A stretch of 64,000 nt of DNA, from positions 72,850,001 through 72,914,000 of the forward strand of contig NC_043005.1 in NCBI RefSeq assembly GCF_006345805.1, in the 5' to 3' direction. The position numbers and the translations under genes are program-made. Under the pieces are notes generated by a model. That model did not search any database. It was given only the letters and a program-made list of their open reading frames with translations, and had not been told where the DNA came from. Positions 39,318 through 51,449 of this stretch are shown piece by piece. The DNA is from Octopus sinensis (Eukaryota). The first letter of the stretch is position 1; each line of letters starts with the position of its first letter.

Positions 39318-40059
39318 TATATATATATATATATATATATTGAAGGAGAGTGAGAGAGAGAATCCAAATAAACAAATATAACTGCTAGGGTTTGATATAC
39401 AAGATATACAAGCATGTGTATATGTAAACAGAGAGAAAGCATAGACTGAAAACTCTTCAGGGAGTGAATATTCAAGAATTGATATATAGATATTTATATT
39501 CATTAATAGAGGAAATTTATACACAATACAAAGACACGGAAAAAGAAAGGGAAGAAGGTATGTGATACAAGCCCGACAGCTGTTTCTGGAGACTCAGAAT
39601 TACTTCTTAATATTGGCAGATGTGGCTCACCAAAATATGCAACCAGTAATGAATGCAAATAAACGTTGGATAAAAACCTGTCATAAATATATGTGTATGT
39701 ATGTATGCGTATGTATGCATATCATTATTCAGTTTATTTCAAGATTTCTTGCCAATAGGGAAAAAACCGGTTTCTAACCAAGATCCAAGACTCCTTTATT
39801 GTAATTTCAACATAACAGGGTATTTTTGTTTGTTTGTTTGTATGTATGTATGTATGTATGTATGTATGTATGTATGTATGTATGTATGCATGTATGCATG
39901 TATGTATGCATGTATGTATGCATGTATGTATGTATGTATGTATGTATGTATGTATGTATGTATGTATGTATGCTTGCATGCATGTATGTATGCATGTATG
40001 TTTGCATGTATGTATGTATGTATGTTTCTCATGCATATATTTGCATATCTAAACATGCT

Positions 40060-40345
40060 CATATACATTTAAATGAAAAAACTTCTGGAAAGTTCTACAG
40101 ATTCTTACAGTTTCAGTGATTGATTGAATCTATAGTCTTCGAAATATCTTTCTCCCTCCTGGTTTTGAGAAGCCTAATTTCTCAAGATTGGTATTTAGGC
40201 GGCGTGTTACATATCCAAGGACCCCAATAATTACAAGTATAAACCTGAACTTGTAATCTGAATAGAGTAACTGTAGGTTTCTCAATAGTTCAGCGTAGGT
40301 GTTCTCTTTTTCACCGATCTTCAGCTTTATGTTCACATCCGCTGT
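40060..40345 (-). mobile_element. R4/Dong-like (restriction-like endonuclease) non-LTR retrotransposon 3' remnant
   Basis: EKENTYAELLRNLQLLY..F..VIIGVLGYV..L..NLEKLGF..RRL*IQSITETVRICRTF fits the RLE C-terminal pattern. Confidence 0.6.
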
Positions 40346-40679
40346 ATGTATAAATGTATATATGTATGTATGTTTGTATGTATGTATGCATGTATGGATG
40401 GATGGATGGATGAATGAATGAATGGATGGATGGATGGATGTATTTATGTATGCATGTATGTATGCATGAATGTATGTATTAGAAGAATACCATTATAAAA
40501 ATGAAGGACTTCTTAAGCCCCTAAACATAGCACAATAGAACAAATCAATCATTGAAGTCCAAAGGAGGCAGAAACAAAATGTATGTGGAGACCCTTTTAG
40601 ACATGTCACTATTCGTGAATTTTTGAAGGGACTTGATGCCTCAGACTCAGTAGAAGAACTGCTTTTTTAAAATCCACTC

Positions 40680-40850
40680 CTAGGCGTAGGAGTTGCTGTG
40701 AGGTAAGTAGCTTGCTTACCAACCACCCTGGGCAAATGTCTTCTACTATAGCCTCGGGTCGAGCGAAGCCTTGTGAGTGGATTTAGTAGACGGAAACTGA
40801 AAGAAGCCCATCGTATATATGTATATATATATATGTATATATGTATACAT

Positions 40851-40906
<56 letters not shown>

Positions 40907-41120
40907 ATGTTTGTATGTCTATGTTTGTCCCCCCATCATCGCTTGATAACCGATGCTGGTGTGTTTACGTCCCCATAACTTAGCGGTTCGGCAAAAAGAC
41001 CGATAGAATAAGTACTAGGCTTACAAAGAATAAGTCCTGGGGTCGACTTGATTCGACTAAAGGTGGTGCTCCAGCATGGCCGCAGTCAAATGACTGAAAC
41101 AAGTAAAAGAGAATAAAGAG
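40680..41120 (+). mobile_element. SINE family A
   Basis: Consensus match with a small deletion in the head. Confidence 0.85.
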
Positions 41121-41747
41121 TTCGATACACCGGATCTCATAGATGCTCTCTATTCCAGTTAATATATGCTCCATTGGTTTGTTTCACTGTCCTATGTATT
41201 TACTTTTAGTTGATACGACGTTGAACAGAAAATGCACGTTATTGTTGTTATTGACAGGGAAAACAGTTTGGTCACAAAACTATGTACTACCGTCAACAGC
41301 GCTACAAAACAGCACAGCTAACAAAAGAACACAAAATATTTCATCCGCCTCTGTGTCGATTCTGGTAATCTGTCACTCTGAAAAGAAATAGAATAACATA
41401 AGTTTCTTAAAAAGACAGTTAAAGACGTAATTTTTCCTCATTTAATTTTAAAGACAACCGAACTATGATTAAACGGTAAATGTGTTTACATTTTGGGGAA
41501 AGTCTGTCTCAACTAAGCTCTCTCATATTATCAGCTGTCACGCTATGTTTGGATATTTGCACACAAAATGAGATTTAGAACTAAAAAAAAAAAAAAATCG
41601 AGATTATAACAACTGTTAAAATCTGGTTTAGGCTTTTTCAAAATTTTTAGCGATGTAATTGAAGAAAATGCAGCAGTCTCATAAGAATTCAGCGACAAAT
41701 TATCAAGAAACTAAGGAAACCGATTATAACTAACTAACTAACTAACC

Positions 41748-41980
41748 TATTTCTTTATTACCCACAAGGGGCTAAACATAGAGGGGGACAAACAAGGACA
41801 GACAAAGGTATTAAGTCGATTACATCGACCCCAGTGCGTAACTGGTACTTAATTTATCGACCCCGAAAGGATGAAAGGCAAAGTCAACCTCAGCGGAATT
41901 TGAACTCAGAACGCAACGGCAGACGAAATACGGCTACGCATTTCGCCCGACGTGCTAACGTTTCTGCCAGCTCGCCGCCT
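41748..41980 (-). mobile_element. SINE family B, full length, with a 9-bp TSD (TAACTAACC)
   Basis: Consensus match; TSD at 41739-41747 and 41981-41989. Confidence 0.9.
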
Positions 41981-42067
41981 TAACTAACCGCATTTGATTC
42001 GACAGCGGTGAAATTAATCGTTGATTCAGCAGTAAAGTAATATATTTGTAGTCATTAGATATTTTTT

Positions 42068-42378
42068 ATTATTTATGCGTCCTTTTCAAGCCTAGCCAGG
42101 CTCATGGGCCCGTTTTTCCGGTTTCTATGGCGTATATGTTCCCCCAGCTGGACGGGACGCCAGTCCATCGCAGCGTTACTCAAGAAACAGGAAGAAAGAG
42201 TGAGAGAAAGTTGGTGCGAAAGAGTACAACAGCATTCGCCACCACCCCCTGCCGGAGCCTCGTGGAACTTTAGGTGTTTTCGCTCAATAAACACACACAA
42301 CGCCCGGTGTGAGAATCGAAACCGCGATCCTCCGATCGCGAGTCCGCTGCCCTAACCACTGGACCATTGCGCCTCCAC
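42068..42378 (-). mobile_element. SINE family C, tail type 2, full length
   Basis: Head plus GCTGCGATGGACTGGCGTCCCGTCCAGCTGGGG..GGCTTGAAAAGGACGCATAAAT. Confidence 0.9.
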
Positions 42379-42624
42379 AGTCATTAGAAATACGTATTAA
42401 AAATAAGGAAAACGTTATCCGAGCCAACCCAACTCTATGACCCCGCTATTTTGCCGCTTTTGCTTGTTATGAGATAAAGCACAATGATGACCAAAATTCA
42501 TACGATGACAACCCTTTGCTGCAAAACATATATCACCTTGAGAAGAGACGTTCACAACCATAAGCTTTGGAAATAATGTGTAACCTAGGCCGAAAGGGCC
42601 CAATGAGTTTCCAGGTAATTTATA

Positions 42625-43095
42625 GTTAAATAAAAATGATTCTCTCTTCTATTTGCCGATTTTTTCTGTTGCGAAAAAGGTAGTATGGAAGACGAGCGTG
42701 AAAAGAATTGCAACAGGCATGTTCATCTCCAGTTTCGAGCTAATCGACTTTTTCGTTTTCCACATGAAAAGGAAAATAAGGCTGAAGAAATGCCTGTCGC
42801 AAAGTGTTGTTTCGTAAAAGATGGAAGTCTATAGCAAGTATGTTGCGAGTGAAAGAACCTGTTTAAACGAGAATATAAAAAGGCGAAAGCAAAGTCTTCA
42901 GCGTGAATATGTGGTTTGTGGGGTCGACCGCGTCCTCCGCTTCTTTTTTGTAAATCACTAATTCTCATTGTATATATTTTAATTGTTTATTTATTCATAC
43001 GTTTTGTCTCATTCGGTACCCTGACACCAATGTTTGTTTTGTCTGTCCTCGTATCGTCCCCTCTTTTTCTCAACCTCATGGTTAATAAAGAAATT
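42625..43095 (+). mobile_element. Tx1/L1-clade LINE 3' fragment (different subfamily)
   Basis: KKVVWKTSVKRIATGMFISSFELIDFFVFHMKRKIRL aligns with the 7782-8120 peptide; ends in AATAAAGAAA. Confidence 0.65.
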
Positions 43096-43189
43096 GACTA
43101 TAGCTCAATACATTATCAGAAGCTGACATGAACTATAATGTTGGCAATTTTCTGACGCCTATATAAACTTCGGCCTGACGGAAAATGAA

Positions 43190-43600
43190 AAGGAGTGGCT
43201 GTATGGTAAGCAGCTTGCTTACCAACCACATGGTTCGGGTTCAGTCCCACTGCTTGGCACCTTGGACAAGTGTCTTCTACTATAAGCCTCGGGCCGACCA
43301 AAGACTTGTGAGTGGATTTGGTAGACGGAAACTGAAAGAAGCCCGTCGCATGTATGTATATGTATATATATGTGTGTTTGTGTGTCCGTGTTTGTCCCCC
43401 AACATCGGTTGACAACCGATGCTGGTGTGTTTACGTCCCCGTAACTTAGTGGTTCGGCAAAAGTGAGCGATAGAATAAGTACTAAGCTTACAAAAAAATA
43501 AGTCCTGGTGTCGATTTGCTCGACTAAAGGCGGTGCTCCAGCATGGCCGCAGTCAGATGACTGAAACAAGTAAAAGAGTAAAATAGAGTAAAGAGTATAT
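43190..43600 (+). mobile_element. SINE family A
   Basis: Consensus match. Confidence 0.9.
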
Positions 43601-44677
43601 AAATAAATAATGAAACACGAATCATGCTGTAGCTAACTCCAGGCGACACTTTTCAGCTGAGGTTTTTCGTGCAGAGAAGGTCCTTTAAGATTTCGAGTGT
43701 CAAAAAAAAAATGGGGAAAACAGAAAATAAAAACAATGTATGACTCAGAACTTGGTCAAACAACTTGCCCCGTTGGTGGATGACAACGGTGGACGTCGAT
43801 ATTTCAGTGCATCAGCATCGCATACTTGAGTCACACCGAAACGAATGCAAATCGCTGGTCAAAGTATATTTGAATAGCGTATAAATTAATATACATAAAC
43901 AATATTTTAAAACTAAAAAAAAACTTAAGTTTTGTGTTAGAAGTAGCACTAATAATGCAAACATTATTCAAATCACATACTTAATGTATTTTGTTTAAAC
44001 ACATTTCGATTTGCTCGACTAAAGGCGGTGCTCCAGCATGGCTGCAGGCAAATGACAGAAACAAGTAAAAGAGTTAAAAGAGTTATACATACATACATAC
44101 ATACATACATACATACATACATACATACATACGTATATACGTATATATATATATATATATATATCTTATTATAAAAGGCAGATTTTATCTGCCTCCCTTT
44201 GGGAGTTATACAAATCTACAATATAGGATTTCTTCAATTACAATTTACCTACCATTTTTAACAGTACAATGCATCGCGTCATGCCAGGTCCAGTTTTTAA
44301 AATTTAAACTCCAATTAAGCAAAATTTACAGAAAACTCACATTCTGGTGTGTGTGTCAAATGCTTTTCTTAGTCTGGTTTACAGCACACGCAAACGCACA
44401 CACACAGTGGGCAACGAATAAAATGAAAGTAATTGACTTACTGTAGTGAGTGATTCTTTCACTCTGCCTCCCACTTCCTCTTTCAACACATAGACACGCA
44501 AATATATAAATAAAATTGTAAGCTAACGTGCGTGTGTGTGAGTGGGTGTGTGTGGGTGTGTGTGCGTGTGTGTGTGTGTGACGGTGCGTGGTGTGTGTGT
44601 GTGTGTGCGTGTGCGTGAGTGTGTGACAGGAAAGTTTTTTACGACGAATATAACACCTATATCCAAGTAGCAGAAAG

Positions 44678-45160
44678 ATAAGACAGTAAGGTGTGATTTG
44701 AGGGAGATTTGGCTGCTATTTCTACCATGTCTAGCTGCCATGTAGGGGTCTCCCTCATAGGCTCATACATACATATATACATAGATAAGACAGTAAGTGT
44801 GATTTGGGGGAAAATTGGCTGCTATTTCTACCAGGTCTAGCTGCCATGTAGGGGTCTCCCTCATAGGCTCATACATACATATATACATAGATAAGACAGT
44901 AAGGTGTGATTTGGGGGATATTTGGCTGCTATTTCTACCAGGTCTAGCTGCCATGTAGGGGTCTCCCTCATAGGCTCATACATACATATATACATAGATA
45001 AGACAGTAAGGTGTGATTTGGGGGAAATTTGGCTGGCTGCTATTTCTACCAGGTCTAGCTACCATGTAGAGGTCCCCCTCATTGGCTCATATATATATAC
45101 ATACATATAAAACAGTAAGGTGTGATTTGAGGGAGATTTGGCTGCTGTTCTACCAGGTCT
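44678..45160 (+). repeat. ~107-bp minisatellite, about 4.5 units
   Basis: Units start at 44678, 44785, 44891, 44998 and ~45107. Confidence 0.95.
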
Positions 45161-45535
45161 GTTAGGCCTTCTCATGTAAACTCAAGCTTTCTCATGCCTT
45201 GAACATAAGACCAAAGCAGAGAATGTATTCTTTTATTCTTCTACTTTTTCCAGCCATTGGTCTGTGGCCATGCTGGGGCAATGCCTTGAAGAATTGTAGT
45301 TAATGAATCAACTCCAGTTATTTTTGTAAGCATTGTACTTATTCTATCTGTTTCCTTTGTCAAACCACTAGGTGACAGGGATGTAAACAAACCAACATTC
45401 GTTGTCAAGCAGTGGTGGAGGACAATCACAAGCACAGACACGCACACACACACACATACATGCATACACATATACACACATACATAAATACATACATACA
45501 TACATACATTATATATATTGTGTGTATATATATAT

Positions 45536-45852
45536 TGCAGCCTGGAAGGTGTTTCTAAGCCATTTAAGAAACACACAAAAACCGTTACATTCACTTCAAC
45601 ATTTACATTTATTTGCCAAAATATTTTCGTCGCTTTGAGACCGCGACCTGTTCACTGACAAAAATATCGTGCTAACAGGTCGCGGTCTCAAAGCGACAAA
45701 AATATTTTGGCAAATTAAATTTAAATGTTGAAGTGAACCTAACGGTTTTTGTGGTTTCTTAAATGGCTTATAAACACCTTCAACGCTGCAACTGTTTTCG
45801 TTCCAGCACACGATCTCAGATCAAGTCACTGCTATGCAAGTACATCTCTGTA
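45536..45852. mobile_element. short HHR-bearing element with an inverted partial copy (palindrome 45536-45792)
   Basis: ~118-bp arms; same family as 47672-47865. Confidence 0.8.
45612..45662 (-). ncRNA. hammerhead-like motif with G3:C8 swapped core
   Basis: TTTGTCA-GTGAACA-G-GTCGC(GGTCTCAAA)GCGAC-GAAA-ATATTT-TGGCAAA. Confidence 0.6.
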
Positions 45853-47671
45853 ACTATATTATATATTTATATATAATATGTATATTGGTAAAAACAGTAA
45901 AATAACAAAAGAAAGAAAGAGACCTCAATATTATGTAAATAGAGGAAATCTTTATATATAAAAGTGAGGTTGTGTGTCTGTCTCCTACGATTTAGATTCC
46001 TAACTACTCCCACATTTTGCGGTGCAGTTTAACCAAAACCGGGTATCTTATAGTCGTGATTCATATCGAGACCATCTGGGTATTAGCGCGCGTCTACGAT
46101 GAGTCTACGATTTAAAAAAAAATTTACCATCAATTTTTCCCATTTTTAATCCATTTTTGACATATATAAGGGAAGTAACTCTCTAAAATTTATTATTAAA
46201 TCTCAGAACGTAAAAAGCTACAGTACACCCCCCCCCCTTGTGGTTAGCCATATTGAGATGGCTATTATACTTACATCTCTAAAAATGCTTATATAATTAT
46301 TTCCCTTACAAACCCGAGCAACGCCGGGCGATACTGCTAGTCTTATTATAAAAGGCAGATTTTATCTGCCTCCCTTTGTCTCTTATAGAAATCTACAATA
46401 TAGGATTTCTTCAATTACAATTTACCTAGCATTTTTAAGAGTAGAATGCATCGGGTTGTGCCAGGTCCAGTTTTCAAAATTTCAACCCCAATTAAGCAAA
46501 ATTTAGAGAAAACTCACATTGTGGTGTGTAAGTGAAGTGCTTTTCTTAGTGAGGGCTACAGCACACACACACGCACACACACACAAACGGAGCGAACTGC
46601 TTCACTGACGCTATCACCCTAATTTCTCCTCCTTTCTCTTTGAAAAGTGTGCAACGATTAAAGTGAAGGTAATTCACTTTTTGTAGTGAGTGACTGAGAG
46701 AGAAAAGAGAGAGAGAGGTTATGTATGTATGGCTTCAGTGACACACACACAAAAACACATACCTACGTACACCTAAAGCACGCACACACACACACAAGCG
46801 GAGCGCGAACTTCAAAAGAACTTCGCGCGCTATCTATCTGGTTTGCCATTCCTCACACACACGCAGCCACATACATATATGACAGTGACAAACACAAACG
46901 TTTCAAACAACTACATACACACATACATACATACACACATACAGACACGTGTGTGTTTGTTATTTGTAAAAAAGGCGCCAAACACAACTCGCTTCTCATT
47001 CGAACACATTTGCAAAAGCACACCGACGGTCGAATTGCCATAACAATACAGAAAAGGTAAATTGGTTTTTAATTTACTTTCTGTCGTTAAATTTTGGTAG
47101 TATTAATTGGCGAGCGTACTTCTGTTGTCAATTGTTGACAGAAATAAATTGTAAGCTAATAAGGTGTGTGTGTGTGTAGGAAGTGAAGGATAAAAATATT
47201 GCAAGAAGTGGACAGATATACATATATACATCCATACATACATGTGTGTGTGTGTCTATGTATGTGTATTATGTGTGTGTGTTATCTCTATATAAAGCTG
47301 AAGTTGTCTGTGTGCGTCACGTTTGGTAACCTTCAACTAACACTTTTCCTCCGAGACCCTGCGGCGCAAGTTGACCAAAATTGAGAGTATGATAGAAGAA
47401 GGGTGCTCTTCCTTCCGTAGAACATAAAATTCAAATCGGACCATGTTAACACCAAAAATTATTTACATCAAAAAGCTGCTTTTTTCTATGAAAATCCCTA
47501 TTTTTTACGATTTTTTTCACTGCTGTGTCGCCACTTTTCGGTATATTTCGACCAGAAAAATGTTCACAAAATTTTTACTTTTCAAAATTACAATTCCAGC
47601 GGGTCGAAACAAACCCGAGCAACGCCGGGCGATACTGCTAGTATATATATATTATATATATATATATATAC

Positions 47672-47865
47672 GTATTACGGAGATGTACTTGCATAGAGAG
47701 TGACTTGATCTGAGATCGTGTGCTGGAACGAAAATAATTGCAGCGTGGAAGGTGTTTATAAGCCATTTAAGAAACACACAAAACCGTTAGATTCACTTCA
47801 ACATTTAAATTTAATTTGTCAAAACATTTTCGTCGCTTTGAGACCGCGACCTGTTCACCGACAAA
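47672..47865 (-). mobile_element. ~190-nt monomer of the G3:C8 hammerhead element (motif at 47815-47865)
   Basis: TTTGTCG-GTGAACA-G-GTCGC(GGTCTCAAA)GCGAC-GAAA-ATGTTT-TGACAAA followed by a ~145-nt tail ending at (TA)n. Confidence 0.7.
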
Positions 47866-48613
47866 GCTTTGTGCTGCATCTCATATACATACATACATAC
47901 ATACATACATACATACATACATACATACATACATACATACATACACTTAAATACACACAACAATGGATATTACATGTGCAAAAGCTCTCGTATGCAAACT
48001 TATGTACACGCACTCATAGCCACACATGTATGTATAAGTGGCAAGGCTTCTTTGATCAAGCCCAAACATCTTATTCGATAATCCCACTTGATTTAAATTT
48101 CAACACTAGCTGATATTTATTTTTTATTTCGTTTGAAGTTTATCACATTTGAAATATTTATAAAAATTTTTGCCTGTGCGGAAGAAACCTAGTTTCATGA
48201 GTTTCTGCTGTTACGTGTGTGTATGTGTGTATATATGTTTACATATATTTATTGATGTGTATATATATTTATATGTGTATATATATATTATAACATGTGT
48301 ATATTTATTTATATATAATTACATATATCTATTGTGTTTATGTGCGTATATATGTTTACATATATTTATTGATATATCTACACGCGTATATCTTTATAAA
48401 TACATACATATATAGACACACATATACACACACACACATATTCATATATATGTATGTATATATTTTGTTGTATTTGGGGATGGTCATGTTGCTAGTGTAG
48501 CCAATAAAAACACACGATATATTTGCTGTTCACTTGCTTCAGCTTTATCTTATATTAATTGTATTTCGTCCAGAGTTCTTTCATCACACTTCTGTGACCT
48601 CATCATATATATA

Positions 48614-48659
<46 letters not shown>

Positions 48660-49053
48660 ACATGTATTTGTTTATATATATATATATATATACATAAATG
48701 TATACATATATGTTTATTTATATGTATATGTATATATATATATATACATAAATGTATACATATATGTTTATTTATATATGTATGTTCATATATATATATA
48801 TATACATAAATGTATACATATATGTTTATTTATATGTAATGCATACATGCATACGTTTATTCATATAACATACATACATGAATACGTCTATTTATATGTA
48901 TATGTATATATATATATATGTATGTATGTGTATATATATATGTATGTATGTATCTGTGTGTGTGCGTGTGTGTGTGTGTGTAAGTGCGCACTTTTATTTA
49001 TTATATGTTAACGCGCATATATGTATGCATATGTGTACACATACATTAATGTA

Positions 49054-49100
<47 letters not shown>

Positions 49101-51344
49101 TATATATAGATAGATAGATAGATAGATAGATATATGCGGTATATATCTATCCGCCTACCTAGTTGGTTGTATGTTTCTTGCATCTGTAGGCGCACTACAG
49201 GCGAGTGAAAGAGTTGCAGTTACATGTTAAAAAGTAGTTATTTGGCATGTTTACAAAATAATTTTCATTGAACCGTATTTTTAAAATGTTTGTTTTAATT
49301 AAGCCATTTATTAAAAATATAATTTCGCCAGCTAAAAGTGCATATAACACCCTACTGATATTGTTTGCTTTGATTTTTGAATTTATTAAATTTTTCATTT
49401 TTTATCAAAACAACTTTTCTGAAGAAAATACTTAGAATTTATTACAGAATTTTCGAATATCGATGTTGTTTTTACTGTAGTTCATGCTATATATGATTTA
49501 AAAAATAACACTTTGTAATATGATCTTTTTTTCTTAGGTTGTAATTGTTATTTCCTATTTGCTTACCCCTAGGAAGTAACAAAAATTGTTAATATTTGCT
49601 TTTGTTCAGTTTGCTTTTGTTCAGTTAATTCAAAACCCAAAGAATCCCTCTCAAGACTATGATGCTTCCCAACTACTCCTGCTCATGATCTGAGATGCAC
49701 ATATTGTCAGTCATTAAGGGGCATGTTCAAGTGGTTAAGGTCAAGCAACTGACAAGTGTAAATCTGTGGTATTGCACAGAATATTTGCTATAGCAATATT
49801 GCCCTCAGCAACTCAGCGCTGAATCTGTCTGAAATGTAATTAAGACACAGTTTCAAAATATTGATGCTCGGGTAAAAGCAAAGTTTGAAGGGAATAGTAG
49901 TCATTTCCTTTGATTTCTAGATAGAAGTAAATAGCAAATAACACCTACTGACCAAAGACAAAAAAAAATTATACAGTCTAATCTATTCGTTCGATCCATT
50001 GTGTTTATTTATCTGACGTATCAGAATAGGCGAGAAGAGAGCAAAACTGAATACCTACAGCAGAGATCTTTCGCTACAAGCATTCGACATTTTATCTAAA
50101 AGTTCAGTCTTTGATTTAAACATATGAAGGATTAAGTAACTGTATAGGAACGAACCTTCTACACTATGCACCAACATAACTTCTATATAAATATGTATGA
50201 GATTCCCAAAAGGATTGATTGCATCGATCCGTGTCTACAAGAGTTATGTACGTAGTAAAATCGTCAAAAAGAGGACAGAGAGTGTAAACCGCAACGCTTC
50301 CCACCTTGTCATTTTTCTGGGAAAAGTTGAAAGAAAAGAAATAAATGAAGCAGCATGATCTAAAACTCCCCTGTGTCTCGTTTGTTTCTCTTTCAACTTT
50401 TCCCTGAAGAAGGGCACTATCTGAAACATTGTATTTTCCACTGTACTTTTTTAGAAGTCCATTTTACTGTATGAACATGTATGGTTTACACTTGTAACCA
50501 TGAAATAATGGAAAATTGCTGTTGACCGAGTAATATAGCGACATGTAACATACTAGAAACTGCAGAGTTTAATCTTAGTGTCACAGTAATGTTGTTGTCT
50601 TCATGTACAAGACACTACCGAATCTTATCAAGCCATATAAATAACTATCTTATGCAGGAAAATATATATAGAAGAGTAGGAGACGAGATGGAAAAAAAAA
50701 TGTCTGGATTATCTTCCTACTTGACGGAAAAGAATAAAAATATTAGTCATAGACTACTTACAACTTACTAATATTAAATATGTTTCCACTGGCTTAACTA
50801 AGATGCAGTACAATGCTTGTTGCATTAAGACTGAAATATATATATAATACATTATTGTAGTTTGTTTCTTACATTGCCGTCGAAATATAATCAAATATAT
50901 ACTTTAGACATTTAAAATTTGAAGTGTTTCGTAGCTATTGTTTAATTTGTCCATTTTATACTTCGTGAAAAATTTTGAATTCAAATATTCCCAAGATTCA
51001 GAACTACAGCAGATGTGGCTGCAGAAAAATGTTATTCTTAAAAGAGTTAAACGACTTTTCAAAAAAGTATTTTTTCCTCACATTTTCTTTCCATAATCGA
51101 CAAATAATAACAGTATTTCACTATAGAAAGAGAAAATTGTTGAGACTGAAGAGTACTTCTAAAGCTAGGAAATATACTGAAGATATACGACTAATACGCT
51201 TCGACAATATTTCTGTCTACTTCATATATTCTGCATTTTTTAATAGATTCATTCAAATATATGAGGGGTTTCCATATATACACATATTTATTATATATAT
51301 ATGTATGTATATATATTCATACATATGCATATGCATATATATAC

Positions 51345-51375
<31 letters not shown>

Positions 51376-51381
51376 TATATA

Positions 51382-51414
<33 letters not shown>

Positions 51415-51415
51415 T

Positions 51416-51449
<34 letters not shown>

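Larger units (their letters stand above)
44164..47641 (+). mobile_element. cluster of non-autonomous Helitron-like elements
   Basis: 5' TC starts at 44164 and 46341 (TCTTATTATAAAAGGCAG), 45949 and 47285; identical 3' hairpin CCCGAGCAACGCCGGG plus CTAG ends at 46340 and 47641. Confidence 0.75.

Noticed and set aside
41727-41747. (CTAA)n as interstitial telomere
   Set aside because: A short tetranucleotide run, not TTAGGG
44678-45160. CRISPR-like or other spacer array (also considered for 27709-28155)
   Set aside because: Whole units are repeated, there are no unique spacers, and the context is eukaryotic
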